32,000 nucleotides of DNA from Nanobdellota archaeon (GTDB lineage: Archaea > Nanobdellota > Nanobdellia > Nanobdellales > Nanobdellaceae): NCBI GenBank assembly GCA_042850255.1, contig AP031373.1, forward strand, positions 741,327 to 773,326, read 5' to 3'. Made by a program: the position numbers and the translations under genes. The notes below the pieces were generated by a model. The model was not told the DNA's origin and ran no database searches. It saw only the letters and a program-made list of their open reading frames with translations. Of this stretch, positions 18,346 through 25,456 are shown piece by piece (within the stretch, counting starts at the first letter, position 1; each line of letters begins with the position of its first letter).

Positions 18346-19224
18346 ATGATAATAATACCGATTGCATTCGATTCATTTTCTACAAGATCAATGTCTACAA
18401 TAATAAAAACTGATATTAACATATTTATAGATCCTTCTGTTGCTATAGGACCAAATAGATATAATTTAAAACCACATCCTATAGAATTAAAAGAACTAAA
18501 AAATAAAAGAGAAGAAATTATAGAATTATCAAAATCTGTAGATTTAATAATTATTACACATTATCATTGGGATCATTGCCCAAATCCTGATGAAGATCAT
18601 TTCAAAATATTATATAATAAAAAAATTATATTGAAAGATATAAATAATAATATAAATAATTCGCAAAAGGAAAGGGGGAGAAGAGTATACAATAAATTAA
18701 AAAATAAAGCAGAAATATTTTTTGGAGATAATAAAACATTTGAAATAAATAATACTTATATAGAGATTTCTCCTCCATTATTTCATGGCGAAGAAAACTC
18801 TCCACTAGGATTTGTTATTGGTCCATATATAGAATATAAGAATAAATCCTTATTCTTTGGTTCAGATATACAAGGAATATTAAATGATAAAACATTAAAT
18901 TATATAATAGAAAAAAATCCAGATTATATAATATTATCAGGCCCTCCTTTTTATCATCCAAAATGGAATAATGAACTAACAGATGTATTTTATCAGAACA
19001 TATATAAATTAATGGAAAATACTAAAGTAAGTAAAATAATAATTGATCATCATTTAGCTAGATCAAAAGATTATTTAAATGTATTAGGATATTTAAAAAA
19101 TATTGGAAAAAATTATGGAGTAGAATTCTTATCTGCTGCAGACTATTTAAATATAGAAAATAAACTATTAGAAGCAAATAGGGATTTATTATATAAAGAA
19201 TACAGCGCCGCCGGAGGGACTTGA
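18346..19224 (+). CDS. UPF0282-family metallo-beta-lactamase-fold protein
   Basis: The N-terminus MIIIPIAFDSFSTRSMSTIIKTDINIFIDPSVAIGPNRYNLKPHP and IIITHYHWDH (HxHxDH) match archaeal UPF0282 proteins. The last 19 nt, including the stop, overlap the tRNA on the opposite strand. Confidence 0.75.
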   Translation: MIIIPIAFDSFSTRSMSTIIKTDINIFIDPSVAIGPNRYNLKPHPIELKELKNKREEIIELSKSVDLIIITHYHWDHCPNPDEDHFKILYNKKIILKDINNNINNSQKERGRRVYNKLKNKAEIFFGDNKTFEINNTYIEISPPLFHGEENSPLGFVIGPYIEYKNKSLFFGSDIQGILNDKTLNYIIEKNPDYIILSGPPFYHPKWNNELTDVFYQNIYKLMENTKVSKIIIDHHLARSKDYLNVLGYLKNIGKNYGVEFLSAADYLNIENKLLEANRDLLYKEYSAAGGT

Positions 19225-19278
19225 ACCCTCGACCCGCCGGTTAACAGCCGGCTGCTCTACCAACTGAGCTACGGCGGC
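19206..19278 (-). tRNA. tRNA-Asn (anticodon GTT), no intron, no encoded CCA
   Basis: Minus-strand sequence folded by hand into a cloverleaf: GCCGCCG TA GCTC AGTTGGTA GAGC A GCCGG CTGTTAA CCGGC GGGTC GAGGG TTCAAGT CCCTC CGGCGGC G. It has 7/4/5/5-bp stems, a T-loop TTCAAGT and 73 nt total. Confidence 0.9.
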
Positions 19279-19348
19279 ATATACTTTATTATAATAAAGT
19301 AATTTTTAAATATAAAACTTTTTTATATCCGGTGAAATATATATTAAA

Positions 19349-19810
19349 ATGGAAGTTTTAGGTATAGGTATAAAATTAGAAATAGAAAATGGAGAATTAA
19401 AAATAAGAAAAGAAAAAAATCAATTAATTTTAGAATATAATAAATTAGTGAGTTCTGGCATGTATAATGATTATAAAAAGAATTGGAAAGCATCTATATT
19501 GTTTAAAGTCGATAAAATAAAATTATTAGATAGTAATTTAAATTTATATTTATATGATTTTAACCAAATAAATAATAAAGAAAGAATATTTGGATTTAAT
19601 AGAATAATTTATTTGGGATATAACTTAAAAAAAGATGAGGAGTTTCAAATAAAAGATAGACCATATTTATTATCCCCATCTGAAAAAATATTATTGGGAG
19701 ATGGAAGAGTTGAGAGTGCATTTTATAGTAAATTGGTTGATGAAGGAAAATTGTCTAGAGATATATTATATGTAATGGATGGATTATTGATTATTAATAA
19801 TATTATTTAG
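19349..19810 (+). CDS. hypothetical protein (153 aa)
   Basis: A long ORF in a genome where stops are frequent in non-coding frames. No family recognised. Confidence 0.45.
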   Translation: MEVLGIGIKLEIENGELKIRKEKNQLILEYNKLVSSGMYNDYKKNWKASILFKVDKIKLLDSNLNLYLYDFNQINNKERIFGFNRIIYLGYNLKKDEEFQIKDRPYLLSPSEKILLGDGRVESAFYSKLVDEGKLSRDILYVMDGLLIINNII

Positions 19811-20497
19811 ATAATTTTTTAATTCTATAACTTTATCTTTTAATGATTTTTCTTTCATATTTTCAATTTCTTCATCTTTTAATCCCATAGTTATCCATAT
19901 AACAGAATCTATATGCAATAATGGAATTCCAACTTTTTTTGATAAATTTATCCAAAAATTTTTATCTTTATTTATCTTTCCTATTCTATTATCTATTGGA
20001 ATAAATATATCAAAAGGATATATTATTTCATAACCTACAATTCTTAATCCATATCCAAACATTTTTATTGAAAAAACTATTGTTTTATCATATATATTTT
20101 GATCCATAACTTTTGCCAAATCAATATTTAATTTTTTCAAATTATCTTTATATTCTAATAAATTTTTATCTTTTATCCATTCGCATATTTTCTTTAATCT
20201 TTTTATCTTTATTTCTATATATCTTTTATTATATTTTTGTATAAAATCTAGGAAATTTTCGCAAATATTATTATGATTTTTAGAGAAATATTCTGAAAAT
20301 ATTTTCCAAAAATCTTCTCCTTTATATGATAATTGAAAAGCCAATAAAGAATTTATAATTATTAATTTTAAAAATAAATTTTTATCTTTTATATTTTCAT
20401 ATAATTTCTTTAAATATATATATTGTTTATCATAATTTTCTTCATAATATAATATTTCTTCAATAGTAAATTTAGATAATATATTATATAGATCCAT
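19784..20497 (-). CDS. archaeal 8-oxoguanine DNA glycosylase/lyase (AGOG family)
   Basis: Collinear with Pyrococcus/Pyrobaculum AGOG: KLIIINSLLAFQLSYKGEDFW, KTIVFSIKMFGYGLRIV, IPIDNRIGKI, GIPLLHIDSVIW. Confidence 0.8.
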   Translation of the reverse strand: MDLYNILSKFTIEEILYYEENYDKQYIYLKKLYENIKDKNLFLKLIIINSLLAFQLSYKGEDFWKIFSEYFSKNHNNICENFLDFIQKYNKRYIEIKIKRLKKICEWIKDKNLLEYKDNLKKLNIDLAKVMDQNIYDKTIVFSIKMFGYGLRIVGYEIIYPFDIFIPIDNRIGKINKDKNFWINLSKKVGIPLLHIDSVIWITMGLKDEEIENMKEKSLKDKVIELKNYLNNIINNQ

Positions 20498-20525
20498 TTA
20501 TTAGAATTATTGATAAATTTAATAA

Positions 20526-20798
20526 ATGGAGATAAATAATGAAGAATTTTTTTATTATTTAAATAGAGAATATGAAAAATTAAATAAAATATTTGAAAAA
20601 ATAATATTTAAGGATAAAAGATTTGAGGAATTTGTTTTATCATATTATAAAGATATGAAATACTTTTATGAAAATAAAGAATATGTAAAAGCATTTGAAC
20701 TAGAAAATTATATTTGGGGAATATTAGATACATTAATTAATTTAAATTTAATAGAAGTACCTGAAGAATATAAAAAATGGTTTAAATTATTTATTTAA
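20526..20798 (+). CDS. small helical protein, DUF357-like
   Basis: YYKDMKYFYENKEYVKAFELENYIWGILDTLINLNLIEVP resembles the DUF357 pattern (Y..D..yF...gd...A....Y..G.LD....G). Confidence 0.45.
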   Translation: MEINNEEFFYYLNREYEKLNKIFEKIIFKDKRFEEFVLSYYKDMKYFYENKEYVKAFELENYIWGILDTLINLNLIEVPEEYKKWFKLFI

Positions 20799-21962
20799 TT
20801 TTTCATATATCCTTATTAATTCGTTTAATTTTGCTATTCTTTCTCCATTTACAATTCCAAATTTTACATATGGTACTTCAAATCCTACAGCAAGATTTGC
20901 CAATATATTACTTTCTGTTTCTCCAGATCTATGAGATAATATAGGAATTAATCCATTTTCTTTACATAATTTTACTGCTTCATATGCTTTTATAACAGAT
21001 CCAATTTGATTTGGTTTAATTATTACTCCTTTTATAGATTTATATATTAGTGATTTCTTTATCCTTTCAATACTTGTAACAGTTAAATCATCCCCAACTA
21101 TTAATGATTTTGTTTTATTATTTATTTCTGCAAATCCTTCAAAATCTTCTTCATATAATGGATCTTCTACATAAAATAGATCATATAATTCTATCAGAGA
21201 TAAAACATATTTTGTTTGTTCTTCTCTAGAAAATATTTTATTTTTATAATTATAACTTCCATTTTTATATAACTGCGTTGCTGCCATATCAATTCCTAAA
21301 TTTACTTTTAGATTATAATCTTCTTTTATTTCATCAAATACCATTCTTATAACATTAAATACTGTCTCATCGTCTAAAGAAGTTGTCCATGCTCCTTCAT
21401 CATTTCTTCCATACAAAAACTTATCATCCAATAATTCCAATCTTTTTCCCAATAATTTATGTATATAAGAAGCAACATATATTGCTAAAGGTATATTATC
21501 TGTATCTGGGGAAATTAAAAATTCTTGTATATTTGTACTTCTGCCTTTTGCATGCGCACCTCCTCCTATAACGTTTGCCAATATTCTAATATTTATTTTA
21601 GGATTTTTATTAAAGAATTCATAAATAGGTCTTCCTTCATAATTTGACCATGCCCTTAATATTGCATATTCTAATGCTATTAAAGTATTCCCTCCATATT
21701 TTTTTACTCCTCCTATAGTTTCAAATTCTTCTTCAAATGCTTTTAAATCTTCCAATGATTGTATATCAAATGTTTTTACAAAATCTACTAATTCTTTATT
21801 AAATAATTCTACAGCTTTTTGTGGATCTAAATATATAACTTCATTTGATCCTTTGCTAGCACCTTCAGGAGCAGATTCTGAATATCCATTTATTTCTATT
21901 TCTAATGTAGGATCACCTCTAGAATTTAATACAACCCTAGCTTTTGCAGATTTAATTTCCAT
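20787..21962 (-). CDS. eno: enolase (phosphopyruvate hydratase), compact 391-aa form
   Basis: RGDPTLEIEI, EGASKGSNE, GIDMAATQ, VEDPLYEEDFEGF, VGDDLTVT, IKPNQIGS, SHRSGETE. All metal and catalytic positions are recognisable. Confidence 0.92.
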   Translation of the reverse strand: MEIKSAKARVVLNSRGDPTLEIEINGYSESAPEGASKGSNEVIYLDPQKAVELFNKELVDFVKTFDIQSLEDLKAFEEEFETIGGVKKYGGNTLIALEYAILRAWSNYEGRPIYEFFNKNPKINIRILANVIGGGAHAKGRSTNIQEFLISPDTDNIPLAIYVASYIHKLLGKRLELLDDKFLYGRNDEGAWTTSLDDETVFNVIRMVFDEIKEDYNLKVNLGIDMAATQLYKNGSYNYKNKIFSREEQTKYVLSLIELYDLFYVEDPLYEEDFEGFAEINNKTKSLIVGDDLTVTSIERIKKSLIYKSIKGVIIKPNQIGSVIKAYEAVKLCKENGLIPILSHRSGETESNILANLAVGFEVPYVKFGIVNGERIAKLNELIRIYEKLNK

Positions 21963-22019
21963 AATATTCTTTATACTTTGACTATTTTTATCCTTAAATT
22001 TAACTACTAAAAAGTAAAT

Positions 22020-22547
22020 TTATGAACTAACAGAAGCTGAAGAAGATATTTCATTATCATAATACAATACTGTTACTTGAGAACCTGTTATATATACATT
22101 TGGAGAAACATTTAGGTATATAACGAATATATTGCCAGATGTTATTGCAGGAGCAGATGTTCCTGTATAGATTATACTTCCATTAACACTAGTTATATTG
22201 TATATATAACAAGTTACAGTAGAAAATGGAACATTAGTAGCAGAATATGGACATTTATATATATTACCAGAACCATCTTCTAATTTTATACCTAAATCAT
22301 TTCCATTAATTGCTGTAGATCCTATATTTTCTACAGTAATGTTAATAAGATAATAACTGGGAGAAGATGATCCAGAAGGAGTATATGCAGAATAAAGAGC
22401 ACTCAATATTTCAGCTTGTGCACCCAAAGTAGAAACTTGGCTGTTAACATAACCCCTTGCCCATCCAACTATTATAGCACCTAAAGCAACAGTTAAAGCA
22501 ATTAATATAATAGTTGCAATTAGAGGGGAAACTGATCTTTTCATCAT
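22020..22547 (-). CDS. archaeal type IV pilin-like protein (class III signal peptide, DUF1628-like)
   Basis: The N-terminus MMKRSVSPLIATIILIALTVALGAIIVGW has a charged head, then S-P-(L/I)-I-A-T-I and a hydrophobic helix. The body is beta-rich with sequons (NITV, NITS, NGS, NVS). Confidence 0.7.
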   Translation of the reverse strand: MMKRSVSPLIATIILIALTVALGAIIVGWARGYVNSQVSTLGAQAEILSALYSAYTPSGSSSPSYYLINITVENIGSTAINGNDLGIKLEDGSGNIYKCPYSATNVPFSTVTCYIYNITSVNGSIIYTGTSAPAITSGNIFVIYLNVSPNVYITGSQVTVLYYDNEISSSASVSS

Positions 22548-22579
22548 ATAAGATTAACATATGTTGCAATATATAAATT

Positions 22580-22858
22580 TTATATCTTCTTTTTGGTATT
22601 TATCTTCAATCTATCCCATGGTCTTTGATTTATTAATTTTCCATCCAAAAAAATAATATAATCATCATAATAAAAAATAAATTTTGATATATTTTTGGGT
22701 ACCATTTTTATCCCATCTTCAGTTTTAATATAAAAAACATTTTTTGTTTCATCAACTATTTCTCCATAAATTCCTTTCAATGTTTTTATTCTACATTTAT
22801 ATACTTCTACATTTAACCCAATAAATTCATAAGATAAAAAATTTTTATTCAATTTCAT
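22580..22858 (-). CDS. rnp1: RNase P protein component 1 (Rpp29/Pop4)
   Basis: FIGLNVEVYKCRIKTLKGIYGEIVDETKNVFYIKTEDGIKMVPKNISKFIF matches the Rpp29 Sm-like core. Its position after SUI1 is conserved in archaeal ribosomal clusters. Confidence 0.8.
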   Translation of the reverse strand: MKLNKNFLSYEFIGLNVEVYKCRIKTLKGIYGEIVDETKNVFYIKTEDGIKMVPKNISKFIFYYDDYIIFLDGKLINQRPWDRLKINTKKKI

Positions 22859-23159
22859 TAGATATCTCTATATTTTCTTCCTTATATCCTAATTCTGTTA
22901 ATAATTTTTTTATTTTTTCTCTATGATCTCCCTGTAATTCAATTAAATTATCCTTATATGTTCCTCCACATCCTAATTTTTGTTTTAAATTCTTTAATGT
23001 ATCTTTTGCAATTGAAGGATCAATACCTTCAATTATTGTAACAATTTTCCCATAACTCCTTTTTTCTGCTCTTACTATTATTTTCTGAAATTCCTTCTCT
23101 ATTTCCTTTGTTGTATTTTCTAAATCAGTTGGTAAACCAGAAAATAATTTCTTTTTCAT
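22845..23159 (-). CDS. translation initiation factor aIF1 (SUI1)
   Basis: RSYGKIVTIIEGIDPS...LKQKLGCGGTYKDNLIELQGDHREKIKKLL is the SUI1 signature. Confidence 0.9.
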   Translation of the reverse strand: MKKKLFSGLPTDLENTTKEIEKEFQKIIVRAEKRSYGKIVTIIEGIDPSIAKDTLKNLKQKLGCGGTYKDNLIELQGDHREKIKKLLTELGYKEENIEISNEIE

Positions 23160-23290
23160 TCCATTGATAAGTTTTCCTTGGCCATTTTCTTTCTCAAATT
23201 CCTTATTGCCTTTGTATTATTTCCCTGATTCTTTTTTCTTACTTGGCTTCTCAATTTTATTAATTCAGCAACTTCTTCAAGACTGGCCAT
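23156..23290 (-). CDS. mini ribosomal protein uL29-like ORF (44 aa), below the ORF-track size cutoff
   Basis: Hand translation: MASLEEVAELIKLRSQVRKKNQGNNTKAIRNLRKKMAKENLSME*. It resembles the C-terminal two helices of archaeal L29 (...EL..lR......G....kIR..Rk.iAr..T...E). An ATGA overlap couples its stop to the SUI1 start, and the L29-SUI1-Rpp29 order is typical of archaea. Confidence 0.5.
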   Translation of the reverse strand: MASLEEVAELIKLRSQVRKKNQGNNTKAIRNLRKKMAKENLSME

Positions 23291-23317
23291 TATAATATAT
23301 CTTTATATTTTCTATAT

Positions 23318-24514
23318 TTAAATTTTATACTCTATTTCTTCAGGCCTACAATATGGATTTATCCCATCAATTATATTTATATTTTTCTTATACCATAGAA
23401 TACCGGTCCATGCAATCATTGCACCATTATCATTACCCAAATCTAAAGGAACAGTCCCAAATTTAACATTTCTTTCTTCGCACATAGTTTTTAATATTTC
23501 CTGTAATCTTTTATTTACAGCAACTCCTCCAGTTAATCCAAATTCTTTTTTATTTAATAATGATAATGCTCTTTCAGATACTTCTGCTAGCATAGAAAAT
23601 ATATATTCTTGAATAGAATATGATAAATCTTCAATAGATATATTTTCTTTTTTTAATAAATTTTTTATATAAGTATATATCCCACCTAATTGTACATCCA
23701 TACCTTTTACCCCATAAGGTAATTTAATTAAATTTTTACCTTTTTTTGCATATTCTTCAATTTTAGGACCAGCAGGAAAACCAATATTTAATAATCTACC
23801 AACTTTGTCTAAAAAATTACCCACACCAGTATCTAATGTTTCTCCAATTATTCTATATCTATTTCCTTCAAATGATAATAACATAGTATTTGCTCCAGAA
23901 ACTAATAAAATCAATGGATTTTCAAATTTGTTATATAGTTTAACTATTTCAGAATGGGCTATTAAATGATTTACTCCAATTTTTTCAGTATTAAATTTTT
24001 TTGAAAATAGATTTGCAGAAAAATATGCTTGAACTAATGTCGGATATAAACCTGGTCCTGCTGAATATGAAATTAAATTTATCCTTCTTTCAAATTCATT
24101 TAAATTATTTATATAATTATTTAAATTATCTTCTAAATTTTTATCATCACTTTTTATTTTATTATTTTCTATCCAGATTTTTTTACCATTATATATTAAA
24201 TATCTAAATCTATTCCATGGCTCTTCTGTAAATTTTTCTTCAACATTATTTAATTTATTTTTTATTTCATATAATGCATCAACAATATAGTATTTATTAT
24301 TTATTTCCTTAAAAATAAATCCAGCTTTCCAAACAGAATTTTTTAAAATATTTATCGCTTCCCTAGAATGTAATTCTGCAGCTTCTCTTGGATGTATACC
24401 TCCTTTTTCACTTTTATATATTATCCTTTCATTAGAATATATTTTTCCTTCTTCATCAACAATTCCTATAGAATATGTATGAGCAGTAGATTCTATTCCT
24501 AAAGAAATTATCAT
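23318..24514 (-). CDS. kae1: tRNA N6-adenosine threonylcarbamoyltransferase Kae1 (stand-alone, with an internal insertion)
   Basis: LGIESTAHTYSIGIV, GGIHPREAAELH, YSAGPGL, GVNHLIAHSE, LLVSGANT, GETLDTGVGNFLDK, GGVAVNKRL, GNDNGAMIAW. The 398 aa include extra sequence between the HPREAA and SxGPGL blocks. Confidence 0.9.
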   Translation of the reverse strand: MIISLGIESTAHTYSIGIVDEEGKIYSNERIIYKSEKGGIHPREAAELHSREAINILKNSVWKAGFIFKEINNKYYIVDALYEIKNKLNNVEEKFTEEPWNRFRYLIYNGKKIWIENNKIKSDDKNLEDNLNNYINNLNEFERRINLISYSAGPGLYPTLVQAYFSANLFSKKFNTEKIGVNHLIAHSEIVKLYNKFENPLILLVSGANTMLLSFEGNRYRIIGETLDTGVGNFLDKVGRLLNIGFPAGPKIEEYAKKGKNLIKLPYGVKGMDVQLGGIYTYIKNLLKKENISIEDLSYSIQEYIFSMLAEVSERALSLLNKKEFGLTGGVAVNKRLQEILKTMCEERNVKFGTVPLDLGNDNGAMIAWTGILWYKKNINIIDGINPYCRPEEIEYKI

Positions 24515-24906
24515 TTATTTTCCTGTTTATTTTGTTTAAATTCTTCATATACTTGATTAAAATCTTTATTACCGTAATCTTGCACTACAGTATTTATTTG
24601 AACAATTTCTGGAGATATTGTATTACCTCTAACTAACCTTTTTATTCTTACTTTTTTATTTTCATCCCACCAAACATACTTTTTATTCATTCCCTCTATA
24701 TAATCAACCATTGGAGCTCCTTCAAATCCTGCACCTCCAGTTATTTTTAATTTGTATCCTTCCAAATTTATTATAGAACCATCAATTACATCTCCAATTT
24801 TCTTACCTATTAAAGACTCGTCTTTTGTTTCTACTTGAATAGATTTACCAGTTTTTGGATCTGATACTACAACTTTAAATATTATTTCCTTTCTCTTAGT
24901 AGCCAT
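24511..24906 (-). CDS. rps6e: ribosomal protein eS6 (S6e)
   Basis: I moved the start to ATG 24906 (MATKRKEIIFKVVVSDPKTGKSIQVE...). Motifs: LIGKKIGDVIDGS, EGYKLKITGGAGFEGAPM. A 4-nt overlap links its stop to the kae1 start. Confidence 0.88.
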   Translation of the reverse strand: MATKRKEIIFKVVVSDPKTGKSIQVETKDESLIGKKIGDVIDGSIINLEGYKLKITGGAGFEGAPMVDYIEGMNKKYVWWDENKKVRIKRLVRGNTISPEIVQINTVVQDYGNKDFNQVYEEFKQNKQENK

Positions 24907-24979
24907 TTTTATTTTAATTATAAAAACATTTTTAATTTTTACCAAAAGATTTTTATATATCAATATTTTAAAATAATTA

Positions 24980-25456
24980 ATGAAAGAACTTCTTCATTTA
25001 GATCAACATCCAGAATTTCCAAATAAATTTTACGGGATAATAATAAATACACCAGGAACAAATTGTATAAATATAATAGATTATGATGAAGAAACAAATT
25101 GCATTTTAAATTATAAAGTAAGTTTTCCATTTTATTTTGGATTCATACCACAAACATATTTAGATGATTATCCAGTATTTTTTGTATTTTTCTCAGATAA
25201 AAAATTTGATTTATATACAAAATTAGAATTAGAACCAATATTATTTTTTAAGGTACCAAAAGAAAATGTAATAAATATTGTATATTCAAAATTATATAAT
25301 TATGAATTAGAAATAAAAAAAGAAAATATAGATAACATATTTAAAGAATTCTTTGAATTAGAAAATGTTGTAAAAGTTGCAAAAGCGGATAGTTTTTTAG
25401 AAAATGCAAATAATAATTATCATAAAAAATTTATAAAGTTACATAAAAAATCATAA
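24980..25456 (+). CDS. family I inorganic pyrophosphatase-like protein with a degenerate active site
   Basis: The segment IIINTPGTNCINIIDYDEETNCILNYKVSFPFYFGFIPQTYLDDYPVFFVFF is collinear with the PPase core (vvIEIPkgs.nKYE.dk..g.l.vDR......YP.NYGfIP.T...DGDPlDvlv). Most acidic, basic and Tyr catalytic positions are substituted. Confidence 0.55.
   Translation: MKELLHLDQHPEFPNKFYGIIINTPGTNCINIIDYDEETNCILNYKVSFPFYFGFIPQTYLDDYPVFFVFFSDKKFDLYTKLELEPILFFKVPKENVINIVYSKLYNYELEIKKENIDNIFKEFFELENVVKVAKADSFLENANNNYHKKFIKLHKKS

Noticed and set aside
19206-19278. tRNA-Asn as an integration site of a mobile element.
   Set aside because: No integrase is present, and I spotted no second copy of the GC-rich tRNA 3' segment elsewhere in the window. 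The flanking genes are ordinary housekeeping genes.
24083-24334. Possibility that the Kae1 insertion is an intein.
   Set aside because: The insertion is only about 76 residues. It lacks an N-terminal Cys/Ser splice junction context and a terminal His-Asn plus nucleophile, and it is shorter than known mini-inteins. I treat it as a lineage-specific insertion.
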